Origin: Octopus bimaculoides
Lineage: Eukaryota
NCBI RefSeq assembly: GCF_001194135.2
Contig: NC_069001.1
Location: forward strand, 29,356,974 to 29,420,973
DNA: 64,000 nucleotides
Direction of reading: 5' to 3'
This document shows positions 1 through 13,198 of the stretch, piece by piece. The translations under genes were made by a program, and so were the position numbers. The notes beneath the pieces are model-generated. The model did not search any database. It saw only the letters and a program-made list of their open reading frames with translations, and was not told the DNA's origin. Position 1 is the stretch's first letter. Each line of letters begins with the position of its first letter.

Positions 1-73
<73 letters not shown>
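1..73. repeat. Compound (TA)n/(TG)n microsatellite
   Basis: Read directly from sequence. Confidence 0.95.
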
Positions 74-76
<3 letters not shown>

Positions 77-1422
77 CAGACATATATATATATATATTTA
101 TTCATATAAAATTATATATATATATACATATATAAGTTTGTATATATAGAATATGAATGTGTGTAAACATGTATACATAATTGCGTGTTTGTGTGCCCAT
201 ATGCATAAGTATGCACATGTATATATGTATATATATATATATATATATACACACACATCTGTAATTACATACCCATAGGATCATATGCAAACGGATCTGC
301 ATATATGTGTATGTGTGTGTGTGTGTCTGTTTGTATGTGCCTGTTTGTGTGTGTGTTTCTGTGTCTGTGTGTACACAAAATACGCTGTCTATTATTCCTG
401 ATTTAAGAATATGCAGTGCAAGATGATGTATTGTTGTTCTCGTGGATTAATAAAGTTTAATATAGCTAACACGTATTTAATAATTGTACTTTATTTTATA
501 ATTATTCAGAAAACACGATTTACATCGTACAAGAAATGAAAGGAGATATTGCATTATAATTTTGTATATTAAAATCTGTCAATGAAAAATGTATGATTTA
601 GTGACTTTCTGACCTATTCTCCGTATGATAAACATATGATAGATATATTTATGGAAATTTCACAATGCTTCACGTAGGATAGCTTTACATAAATCTGGAA
701 ATAATCATTAGAATACTATGTTAATTATTCTCTCAATACAAACTCGTTATAGAAGCTTGATTCTCTTCCAGCGAATATTTGTGGATTTTCTTTTCTTTCC
801 ATTTGAATTATAATTAGACAATGAGAAGATTAAAATATTTCATTATGTTATGGATTTCACATGTGCCAAGAACTGTATAATACAGATAAGCGTTGTACGA
901 GCAGAAATCGTGACTCGCCTACAAATCCCGTGTGAATTTATTTTTATTTCACTGATAATGCAGATACCACATCTCGCTTCTCTAAACATGTACCATTTTG
1001 GCAAACTCAAAACAAATCAGTATTATTGATTTTCCGGCCTTATTCATTGAAACATTCTTTCTTAATATTCTGCAAAAAGTTCCCATGGAGAGTTATCATT
1101 CCGCTGGCTCTAATGGAGACGGCACCTAATAGAAAGCCGTAGAATTTCTTTCGATTCAGTGGGCAATTACCATGTTTTTGCCAACGAATTTTCTACACTA
1201 CAAGGTTAAAGCATGGGATTAGGTTTGTGTACTTAATTACATCTGGCCCTATTTTACATTAGTGAATTAGGATTTAGGGACATTGATGCATCTTTTTTAG
1301 GGACAAGAGCTATATATGTTGATAGAACTAGATTGGATTGGGAAATGAATCTTTCGAGTCGAAAGATACGAAATTATGAGATGTTTCTGCAGACTGAAAC
1401 GCTTAAAATGGTAATGTAGTGT

Positions 1423-1475
<53 letters not shown>

Positions 1476-1798
1476 TATACTCATTTATTGTGCTTTTAAT
1501 ATTAATTTTTCTATATGTGATAGTGGATTTTCATCGATGAGTTCTTGAAAATTGGTTATTTTCCCTAAAACTATATATATTTTATATATACTTTATCTAT
1601 AAGGCTCAATTTAATTTTAATTTTTTATAAATTGATTTTAATTGAGTTTTTTTACCTGTAATTTTGGATTTTGTCCCTAATAATATTATATATATATATA
1701 TATATGTCAACAGATGAAAACGAGAGAATATCAATATGGTCTATACATTCTAAATATATTAGCACTGTTAAATATATATATATTTCTTTTTACACGTT

Positions 1799-1900
1799 TC
1801 ACTCATGTGACCGTGGTCATGCTGGAGTACCACTTTAAAACGTTTTCCTTGGAGAAATCTATCCCATGACCTATTCTTCGCAAGTTTAGTATTTATTCTA
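1799..1900 (-). mobile_element. Decayed 3' tail of SINE family B
   Basis: actcatgtgaccgtggtcatgctggagtaccac is a degenerate match to the tail at 26890-26935 and to the reverse complement of 41535-41580. Boundaries approximate. Confidence 0.5.
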
Positions 1901-2666
1901 TACAATCCAACAAAAATTTGAAATGGTTATTTTTTAATAATAGCGCTAAGTGAACTTATACTTTTCGAATTTAAGTTCCATAGTTGACGTTACAAGAGTT
2001 GCGAATCTACTAGTCAATAGAACAAATCCAAATAATCTAATGCAGTCGTTTTTGTAATTTTCTATTTTCCGGGATAGCTTGTTAGTTTGACAAATGATTG
2101 CGATTATTTTGTAATAATGATTTTCATCGTGGTTATTTAATTGCATTTGTTAATAAGAGTTTGTATTACTGAATATAAAAACTGGCAATGTTATGGTTTG
2201 TATTATGTTCGTGAAACAAAGGGGCTTTCACTAATCGGAGACAGTCTCCAATGTTTCAATTTCCGTTTAAAACAATGCGCTGTAGTTTTGTTGGTATGAA
2301 TAGAGGCCTAGGAAACAATGGGTGATAGTGGAATAGATAATGCAAAATCTAGCAATTAGTTTTTTTTTTCTTTTCAATTCAATAATTTCGAGTTACTCTG
2401 CAACCCGTATTAAATAAAATTAGAAAGATTCGCAAATTCATTATAAAGGATACGCCGATTCATTATAAAATTGAATCTATACGAAATAGCTGTCATCCAA
2501 AGAAATGTTTGTAGAAATCTGTTAATATATGGCGATAAATTAAATATATCGACATGTGTCTTGAAACATATGTATATTGATGCTGTCTGAGTGTGTGTGG
2601 ATATGATTGAGAGAGAAACAGAGAGAGACGGGCAGAAAGACTGGAGAAAGGGAAAGAGAGAGAGAA

Positions 2667-2702
<36 letters not shown>

Positions 2703-2949
2703 TGGGTAGAGGGATATAGTTTTTATATCAAATGAAGAGGTCTGTCCGAGTTCAACTATTTTGTTATCGTTACACTTCAGTCAACACATTCAAGAAGATA
2801 AGGACATAAGTACAGAGGCTCTAAACAGATAGACAAGCTGGTAATTAACTTTTCCTCCTTTCCTAATTAACATTGCCATTTATTAATTTGAAGAAGAAGC
2901 AAAACCTTAAATGACAAATATAACTAGTTCGAAAGTTATGTATAAATAC

Positions 2950-3089
2950 CTTCGTGGAATGGTTCACTGGTAAGTATTGTTCGTTTCTAGATGAAAAATG
3001 TGGACACCGGACTCTGGCCATACGCTTGGCAGCGATTTTAAGAAAAGCTATCATGGGGTTCCGGTTCTTCACGACGTTCAAAATGTAGC
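2950..3089 (-). CDS. Candidate internal exon of an unidentified gene, phase 1 to 0: xYILNVVKNRNPMIAFLKIAAKRMARVRCPHFSSRNEQYLPVNHSTK
   Basis: Acceptor tatttcccactctgtcag|GC, donor AAG|gtattt, 140 nt, only one of three frames open. No homology recognised. Confidence 0.3.
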
Positions 3090-3415
3090 CTGACAGAGTG
3101 GGAAATATTTAGCGGCATTCTATACATGTTGAGGTTGATACACATTAATTCTTATAATTTATCCCGAATTTGATTAACGGTGATTAACATTATGTATAAT
3201 GCATGCACTATTCACTGAGATAGTGTAGTAATATGGGAACAATTAAGAGTTATTTCAAATATGAGCCAGATACAGATGCCATCATGATATCATAATAAAA
3301 TGTCTTTCATTCGACACAAAACACGAAGTCACTGTACATGAAGACATACGTATATATACAAATATGTATATGTATGTATATGCGCGTGTGTGTATACACA
3401 CACGCACCCATATAT

Positions 3416-3594
3416 NNNNNNNNNNNNNNNNNNNNNNNNNNNNNNNNNNNNNNNNNNNNNNNNNNNNNNNNNNNNNNNNNNNNNNNNNNNNNNNNNNNNN
3501 NNNNNNNNNNNNNNNNNNNNNNNNNNNNNNNNNNNNNNNNNNNNNNNNNNNNNNNNNNNNNNNNNNNNNNNNNNNNNNNNNNNNNNNNNNNNNN
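3416..3594. other. Assembly gap (N)
   Basis: N run next to (TA)n. Confidence 0.99.
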
Positions 3595-3718
3595 ATATAT
3601 ATATATATAAACATGTTTAATCATGAATAATATAAATGTATGCACATATATATTATACATATACACATACATGTGTGTGTTTGCGTGTGTGTGTCTGTGT
3701 AGATGTGTAGAAGAATAA

Positions 3719-4650
3719 CAGTGGACAATAAAGATTTTGCTGCTCCGGAAAAGCAGGTATTTTAGACAAAATCGAGGATGTTGATTCCAGATCCGCACTC
3801 ATAATTATTCTAGCACGTCACGATTTTGAGTTATGCACAAGATCATAAGTATATTTTCGGCTAGATATAGGCCGTATTAATAAAGTTTCCTATAACGAAA
3901 GCGGTCTTAATTCAAAATTAAAGAAATAACAGCAATAAAACAAACGATGGGAAAGTTCATTATTTAGTTTAGCAATAGATGGCGCTGACGTATTTTGTGC
4001 AGTTCCAAATACATCGGTTTGTTCTTGGTACCTCTCAGTGTCGTTTGCAAAACCGTGACGCGTGGTATGAGTATATCTCGCTCTGCATGATTATTGTTTT
4101 AAGTGTGTTCATTGAGCTAGAACATGAATAGGAGAGAATATGTGAATCACCGAGACAAATTTTGTTATTCCTGGAGAAAATGTGTTCCGCATGACCAGCG
4201 GAGGGACATTGCTAACAAATTAAAAATTGTCTATAAATTTTATTTCGGGTGTAAATTTGGGGACCAAGACAAGAGGTGGGCACCTCAATTACTGCACCGT
4301 GTGTTACTCAGAGTTTACAAGTGGCTAAATGGAAAACGAATGCTTTTTGCTGAAGCCGTCATGAGCAATCAATCGTGCCTCTGATTGTTACTTTTGCATG
4401 ACCAACATTAGTGCTTTATCAAAGAAGACCGAAGCAAAAATTGTGTATGCAGATTGTAAGTCGGCACTAAAACCAGTCTCACATAACTTCAAAAACCCTG
4501 TCCCAGTTATCTTATAACTTCACTTGAAAATCTTAACACATCGCACGCTGAACCTCGTGGCTCTTCTATCGCCGAGGTGTAAGTCGGTGATTCTAACGAA
4601 AATAAGCCAGGCTAGTTTAGTTAAGAAGATTTGAACTATTTCTCTTGAGT
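3719..4650 (+). mobile_element. 5' fragment of a Chapaev3-like (CMC) DNA transposon with a decayed transposase N-terminus
   Basis: 4124 onward translates as MNRREYVNHRDKFCYSW...YKFYFGCKFGDQDKRWAP...WLNGKRMLFA; a shifted frame gives DCYFCMTNISALSKKTEAKIVYADCKSALKPVSH. This matches the recalled Cys-rich N-terminal motif YFGCKxGDQDKxWAPH...DCYFC. Putative left terminus taa|CAGTGGACAA at 3719. Frameshifted, no catalytic domain. Family assignment is from memory. Confidence 0.65.
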
Positions 4651-7600
4651 TTAACTATTCCCGATTCTGATATAATTTTAATAGACAATTATGCGCAAAA
4701 CTCAAAATCTTGACGTGCTACTGCAATTCTGAGTTGTGTCTGGGTAGCAGACAATAAATAAATTGTGTTGCCGAGTGTAATACGTGTGGATGTATATATA
4801 CAAGAATAGTATCTGTGCATTTGTATATCAAGCCAAATCCATATTTGGAAGTGTTTCACGCAGAAAGACATATATAGAAATATATGTATTCATAATATTG
4901 TACCGAGGTTACTCAAAAAGGTAAATTTAGAAAATTCTTTTGTAATATTCAACGTTGTTTTCCTGTATTTAAGTTAAAAATCAATAACTATTCTTCCATG
5001 GCAACGGAATATAGAGATTAATATTTGCTTTTTACCGTTGCGGATTAAAATATTAGATAATTCTAACTCTGAGGTAGAATAAGGCACAGAAAATGATAAC
5101 TCCTAATAATTCTGAAATTTGAATTTTTTTTTTTTCCTTTCTCAATATATGTATGTGTATGACTGCGTAGCTGTTTATGCATGTGTATTCATGCATGTGT
5201 GTAAATATATGTGTGTGTGCATTTATGTAGGTTTGTACGTATGTATTCCATTAACGTAGTGATATTACAGTGCCTCATATATTACATATGCCTCACTCAG
5301 TGCCATCGGAATCGCATTAACTTCTTCGAGATTCTCATTTTTTCTATGGCAAGGTATAGAACTTTTAAACGTTCGGTTTCCATTTAATGTGATGTTAAAT
5401 GTTTGACTTTAGCATACATTTTTGCGCCTCTGTCTTCGTGGCTTTAACGAATTGAACAGTTTTCTAAATGATGATTTTGTTGTTACAGGAATTTGGCGCT
5501 TTTGTTGTTATTAGATGTTTACTTCAGTTTCAACAAGCATTCGAGTGAATGCCTTCTTCTATTAACCTTAAGAGATCCTGTGTTTGGACATCTTGCTGTC
5601 AATTCGTCTCACCTTCGAAAATCTCTTATATTCATCTTTCTATGTATCATTTACCTGGTCTAATAAACAATGTATATTACAGATGCAAATTTATTCCATA
5701 GTTGGCGATAGTAGAACAGAAAATATTCACGTTTTTATTCGCTGTAAACTTCTTTCCTATTCTAAGTGCTTATATTGTATCTGAGTTTTATTTGCGTACC
5801 ATCTCTTCTCGGTCGAGCATACTCACATTTACTTTCTAAAATCTAGACACTGAAGACGATATGTTTGTGATATTGCAGAAAATACAAAATATGTGAGACC
5901 GGATTGAGGTGTTACTTCTAGTATTTCCATATTTATTGGGAAACAAATTGATGCTATTCCAGGTTTTATTCTTAAGTTAAGTAGATTACATTCTCAGTGC
6001 ATATGGCAATAAACACGAATAAAAACTAGATTTGACTTGATATTATTTTTTATAAACATTATGCTTAACATTCTTATGTGTGCTGATTGAATCCAATTGC
6101 CTACCATCGTTAACATCCTATGTTTCATTATTTCCTCTGGTTACTCTAATCCTTCCTGTTGCAAATTGTTACGCGAGTATTCTCCTGATATCAGTTAGGT
6201 TCAATTCACGCATCGTAGACAGTTGTCTTTACTGAGATTACTTGAAATCCGGTTTACTGTTTAAGGACAATTCCGTTTCCTGATAGCACTACTTCATGCC
6301 ACAGCTAAAATGTCTTCATATACATTTTCATATTTACACGTGTCTCAATGTCTCTGAAGAGCAGATCCGGGGAAGTATTCTCTCTCCCCTGTCCATTCAA
6401 TGCCAAAACATTGTAAAGCATAGATGCTTCTTCTTTTGTTCAAATATATAATAAATACTGAACCGTTATTGTATTATAATTTTAGGTCAATGCTTTTGTG
6501 TTACAAATGTTATCTAAGTGCACCGCGTCCTTTTTCTTACAATGTAAAGTATATGCAAAATGAAATAAATATATATAAAATGCGGCTTAAAAAGATTAAT
6601 CATAATTTGTTTTACAGATTTATGCTTAATAGAAGGAAGTAAACAATAATTTTCTGTATTTTTTCTTAATTTTTTAACTTAAATGAATAATCTTTTTGTT
6701 TAAACTTGTCCATGTGATTAGCGCTAATAATCTTTTGTGTACTCTCTAATGACCCATAAACTGAAATTCATTAAGATCCATTGTATGCAGGAGGCCATGT
6801 ATAACATCCGTTATTAGATTGTTGTGTATATAATATACACAATAACAGAAGTGGCGATATAATAGGCATTGTTGATGATAAAAAAAAAGAGAAAGAAATA
6901 GATAAAAGAAATGGGTTTAAAATTAAACGTGTTATAAATGCGTATCGAATCGATCAAAACGTCCATCCCGTCTTTTAGCGAAGTGACTTGCGTGTCTTCA
7001 CGACCACGAGATCTAAAGCGGTGGAGCACGAACTCCGGGTAGAGCCTCATCGGTTAAAGGATATGGAGGAGACTATTATGAACGACCACTTTCTAGTGCT
7101 AAAGGTTGATTTGCGTTGGGTCAACACCATTTCCTACAAAAAAAATTACAGAATTATCGATGACTTTTCAAAACATATCTTGAGAGAATGATAGACTAAA
7201 GTGGAGAATAGTGGTGGAATGTCGCCGATGGCCTTTGCCCTGTGAGGAGCGAAGTGCATGAGCAAGTAGTATGCATATATGTGTATTGAGTATCTTCGAG
7301 GGATATTGAATGTGTATAACAAATACATATCGAGAGAGGGGTTGTTATAACTTAGCTGAAAATTAGTCATGATACAGATGTGAATTGATATATTGGACCC
7401 ATCGATCCAGATTTGAATACGCAGCAGTGAAACATAATTTTGATTCTGGAGGCTGATAACGCAGAATGTGGCTGGGTATATGTTGAAAGAAATCGGCTCC
7501 ATTAGTTGACTGGTATTTTCATATCGATTTAGAAAGGATGAAAGACAAATTTAACCTCATCGTATATAAACTGAAAGCATAAAACCCTAACTAAACACAG

Positions 7601-8273
7601 TAAAGGCGTTTCGTTGGCGCTCTGATGTTTCCAATAATCCGTCTCTCTCATCGTTAGGCACGCGATTCAAGAATGATATGTGAGAGTAGCGAGAGGTTAT
7701 TGTTACAATAAGAAAGATTGTTAACGCGAAGATTATGCGTAGGTTTATATACCCACGCAGATAAAAGATAGAACTATAAATAACAGAAGTAAACCAAAAT
7801 AAGGAAACTACTTAAAAGAGGGTGGAAGAGATAGTTAGATACAATATTAGAAATATATAACTGAGAGAGCAGAAGAAAGAAAAGCGTACGCAGAGAGAAA
7901 GAGAGATATATCGAAAGCTTCTGCTGTGTAAAATAAAATGCAAGTATAACAACAGAAAGAAATAAAGTTGTTACTTCAAATAACAGTGGTTTGTTTTACA
8001 AAGAAAATAGTAAAAAAGTATTCTTTGTAGTTTATCATTTATATTTCTCACTTACATATTATTTTCATTTCTCTTTTTTTATTTCGTGATCAAAGTCGAT
8101 CTAGAAGTAAAGGGTAACGGAACGTAATGTATAAGATATTACCAGAGGTATAAATTGCTATTCTTTCCCTTTAACCCCCACACGCCGCTTTCAGTCTTTA
8201 GGTATACATCAAATTCTGTTTCTATCTCACATTTCCTTCTCTATAAGAAGGGTCATATTATATATATATATAT

Positions 8274-8590
8274 NNNNNNNNNNNNNNNNNNNNNNNNNNN
8301 NNNNNNNNNNNNNNNNNNNNNNNNNNNNNNNNNNNNNNNNNNNNNNNNNNNNNNNNNNNNNNNNNNNNNNNNNNNNNNNNNNNNNNNNNNNNNNNNNNNN
8401 NNNNNNNNNNNNNNNNNNNNNNNNNNNNNNNNNNNNNNNNNNNNNNNNNNNNNNNNNNNNNNNNNNNNNNNNNNNNNNNNNNNNNNNNNNNNNNNNNNNN
8501 NNNNNNNNNNNNNNNNNNNNNNNNNNNNNNNNNNNNNNNNNNNNNNNNNNNNNNNNNNNNNNNNNNNNNNNNNNNNNNNNNNNNNNNNNN
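8274..8590. other. Assembly gap (N)
   Basis: N run between (TA)n tracts. Confidence 0.99.
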
Positions 8591-8630
<40 letters not shown>

Positions 8631-10574
8631 AATGTAGAATGTGTGAAATGTATTCAAAAATATATTATCCAAAGTGCAAGCACTGACGTGTTACTCACGT
8701 TGTGTTGTGTAGATTATATAGTCAACTCGTTATCAAAATTTGACAGTCAGGAATTCATTTCACTCTGGACAATTCACGATGCGACTGCACCAGCCCCTTG
8801 ACCATCGGTATTTTTCCTGTCCATAAATTAGCGATTTTATACAGAAAACCGATAGCATCAGTACAAGGATTTCCAAAACGTACTGCGGTCACTCCGTTTG
8901 TCGAAAATTCTTCAGTGCGGTACTCCGACTTGACCGCGGTCTACTGATTGAAACGAGCACATCCACTCCAAACTACTAGCCTTGATATTTTCAGCAGAAA
9001 TAAGTAATATGGAATTCGTCGATACATTTATTTCACAGGGTTAATTTCTGATTAATTTCATTGTTCATGTATGACCCAATATTCTGGGAATGTGTATATA
9101 TCTAAAAATATATACTCAAACAAAACATGTGTCCATGCATAGATATAAACCCGCAAGCACACATTTATGTACACATATAAATGCATGAGTATGTGTATGT
9201 ATTACATATGTATATACATGTGCGTATGCGTGTGTGTGTGTGTGTGTGTGTGTGTATGGGTACGTGTGTTTGTGTGTGTGTTAGCAACAAATTAGAAAGA
9301 GTCCTAATCGGTACCCTCTGTCCGTTGTGTCACCTCAATTAATTTTACCTTTAGCTATGTACACACACACACACAGACACACACATACGTATGTATGTAT
9401 GTACACACACACACACGAAAATATATATAGAGAGAGAAGTAAATAGACAGATATATTTCAAAACAGGCGACTGAAAGAATTTGGTAATTTGTATTTCCTA
9501 TTTTATAGATTACTATTTCGAAATAGGTGTTACAGTGATGCATATGGACAAAATCACAAAATATATCACCCATTTACCAGAGAATTAAAATATACAGTTA
9601 AGCTGCAAAAAGTATTTTCGGATATTTTACAGGTTTTTCCTCCGTTTGCAACTCTCATATTTATAATATTTTCTATTTTACACGAAAAATAAAATAATTT
9701 AGTATATTATCTGCATATTCCACTACGCCATATATGCTAAGAATATGTACTTCATAAGGTATATCTTAGATTATAATTCTACGTACATACTATATATCTA
9801 CACACCCAAACACATTTGCACAGACACTTTCATCCACATAAAGATATATCTATGGTTTTATGTGTGTTGTATGTGTTACCCATAAATGCAAAACCTAAAT
9901 CTGAGAGAAATATGTATGTAATTGTCTATGTACTTACGTACATATGTCTATGTTTAATCTGCATTATTTGAATTCCTACATACAAAGCTTTTCCTCTTTA
10001 GAGTTGACATATCGTATGTGCTCAACACATAAGTATAAAGAAATCTGAACCGAAACGAAACGTCAAAAGATGAACCAGTGATAGGAAGAGATTAATTCTA
10101 TGGTAGAAATGCTAATATAGAGAAAAATACTTACAATCTGGAAGAATTTTCATATCTATTCCATTTAATAACCTAGTAAATAAATTTCGGTTAAACATAA
10201 AAATATAGGCATATCGCAAAAGGAAGGTTAGGTAAGATAGCATTGCATTTATTTCTAGATAAACGCCTAGTAATTATATTACCGATATGCGAACAACTTC
10301 CATGCCAAAAGCTATATTAGATGAAAGTGTAGTCTAATCCTATCTCATAAAGGTCACTGCTTCTGTAGCAAATGTTGCAATAATTCAACTCGTATGTCCA
10401 TATTTCTAATTTGTTTTCTATCTATTGGGTTCTTCTCAGCCACTTTGCATTTTCGCATTCCCGAATTATATTTCCCTTCATTTGTCGTCGTTGTTGTTGT
10501 TGTTGTTATTATTCAGTTTATGGTTATTAGTTTTTATCATTATTACTGCTCATATATTCGATACAAAGCCGGAC

Positions 10575-10695
10575 AAAATTGTTAGCAACCTTTCTTCCGG
10601 CTTTACGTTCTCCGTACGACCTCCACTGAGGTCACCTTTGCATTTCATCCGTTTGGGGTCGACTAACCACTTGCCCCAAGATTTCAGGCCTTGAG
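10575..10695 (+). mobile_element. Decayed SINE family C fragment
   Basis: ttacgttctcc...gaggtcacctttgcatttcatccgtttggggtcgac resembles the family C body at 36820-36900. Confidence 0.5.
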
Positions 10696-11629
10696 CCTAT
10701 ATATGCCTATATATGTGCGTTTGTATGTGTGCAGGTGAGGTTTTGCCTATGAATGACAGAACACGAACAACGGCAGAGATTGGTAATGGTGAAGATTATT
10801 TAAACCAAAAAGTAGCATGTATTCCCTGCTGATCGTACTTTTAACTTGATAATCCAACGGGAAAATATTTGCATGTAACTATTCAAATACATAATTAATA
10901 CAATTAATACAATGCCAAATAATGCACCGTTTAACAATTGCATGAAATCATGTTTAATCATTGAGACACAAACTCTGACATTATGCTGAACTCGTACCTG
11001 TTTTATCGACGCCGAAAATTCGAAGACTATATATATAATTTGAAATAAGAATGTAAAACAGTAAAACATGTCGTTCAGCATTTTAGAAGCTCCCAGCCTT
11101 ATCTGAGAGAATGAAATGAAAAATATCGTTATTGGTTGAAGACTGAAGAGTAAACCATGAAATCTGTATAAGTGAATATCAGTTAAATAAGTTTCGCAAA
11201 ATTTATGCCCGTGATTTAACGATCAGTGTCCGTTTTAAACTACGCAATTTCTTGTTTAAATAGTAGAAACACGATTAAGCAGAGATGGTTAGATTGTGGC
11301 GATAACCAGAGAAATCTTGAGATTAAACGTATTTGCAGTTTTGACCTTGAAGTAAGTGTGGGCAAGAAACGTGTTATTTAAGTGCAGTGGTTAGTATAAT
11401 GATTTTAAGCCCAGACACAAGCGCACATTTGCACAGATACTTTTTAATGAAACGCATGCAGTCTCGTACATACAAGTATACAGTCAAATACTTAGACTTA
11501 GACAAACACAGACATATGTATCTGTGTGTTTTCGTGTTTCGTGTGTTTGCGCGTGTGTGTTTAGAGAGAGAAACACAGACATTCACAAAAACGTACGAAA
11601 ATTAATATATACTTGAGTGAACATGTGAT

Positions 11630-11687
<58 letters not shown>

Positions 11688-12370
11688 CATACACATACAA
11701 TCACACACACACAAATATATACATGTACATATATATGTGTGTGCATGTGTGTGTATATGTATATGTATGCAATATATTATTATAGATGCTCGTATAATTT
11801 GTAAAAGATAATTGCTGAATTTGCAAATGGAAAGAGATAAAACTCCATCATACAATGATACAATTGTCTAACATAATTTTTCTTTATTATTCCTTTATAT
11901 TTTCACTGGTGCAGTTTTATTTGACCATCTTCTCACTAGCAAATTTTTTCTCACTTACATCATGTCTACAACAGCCATCTATATCAATCATTACAGTGTG
12001 CGCTGCCGAAGAAAAAATTTTCGGTAATTGTGCATTGCGCTATAAATTCTTTTAACCCTTCGTATAGTCTATTCGAAAAAAAAATCATCGTAGTAATTCT
12101 TCGTTTGCAAACATAAATGTAAGTTTAATAGCAAATCGTTTTCGTGCTTGTAGATTCTGGTGTACATCAAGATAAAATGTTCAAGCAGAATACTTCTATT
12201 TTCATTAAGATGGCAACGTACATACACAATACGCATTTTGCCGATGACGCTTGTGTTCTATAGTTATAGAATACATGTAAGTTTCTATGTGTGTATGTAT
12301 TGTAGTTGCTTATTTCTTCTATGTTACATTTATCATGTTGAAATATAAATATACAGTTACTATTGGCGGA

Positions 12371-12416
<46 letters not shown>

Positions 12417-12607
12417 GACAAGAGTGATGGTATCTTCCAAGTTTCGGCCAGCAGAGTCACAATCAGGATGATGTTGCTTTAGCTGCTCGAAACTTCGAAG
12501 TCACTATCGATGATGTTCTTGTTATAGAATAATAAATTTAAAAACTAACAAATGTAGTAAGTGTTCCTTTAATTTAATGTAAAATTGTTCTCATTATAGC
12601 ACAAAAA

Positions 12608-12680
12608 TCGAAGTGCCACGCACTGGGACTGAACCTGGAACCATGTGATAGGTAAGCAAGCGTCTTACCACCCTTCCACC
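12608..12680 (-). mobile_element. tRNA-like head of SINE family B
   Basis: Reverse complement reads GGTAAGACGCTTGCTTACCTATCACATGGTTCCAGGTTCAGTCCCAGTGCGTGGCAC, with a B-box-like GGTTCAGTCCC; matches the head at 21075-21120. Confidence 0.7.
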
Positions 12681-12687
12681 TATATAT

Positions 12688-13070
12688 TTGTTGGCACTCC
12701 GTCGCTTACAACGTCGAGGGTTTCAGTTGATCCAATCAATGGAACAGCCTCCTCGTGAAATTTACGTGCAAGTGGCTGAACACTCCACAGACACGTGTAC
12801 CCTTAACGTAGTTCTCGGGGATGTTCAGCGTGACACAGTGTGACAAGGCTGGCCCTTTGAAATACAGGTACATCAGGAACAGGAAGAAAGAGTGAGAGAA
12901 AGTTGTGGTGAAAGAGTACAGCAGGGTTCGCCACCGTCCACTGCCAGAGCCTCGTGGAGCTTTAGGTGTTTTCGCTCAATAAACACTCACAACGCCCGGT
13001 CTAGGAATCGAAACCGCGATCCTACGACCGTGAGTCCGCTGCCCTAACCACTAGGCCATTGCGCCTCCAC
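12688..13070 (-). mobile_element. Full-length tRNA-derived SINE (family A, 383 bp) with 12-bp target-site duplication
   Basis: Minus strand begins GTGGAGGCGCAATGGCCTAGTGGTTAGGGCAGCGGAC (A box TGGCCTAGTGG; B box GTTTCGATTCC). Perfect direct repeat CCACCTATATAT at 12676-12687 and 13071-13082. Confidence 0.9.
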
Positions 13071-13121
13071 CCACCTATATATACATACATATATATATAC
13101 ACACATACATACCTATATATG

Positions 13122-13198
<77 letters not shown>

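Noticed and set aside
13000-13070. tRNA-like sequence
   Set aside because: It is the head of a SINE, continuing into a 310-bp body with a TSD; it is not a tRNA gene.
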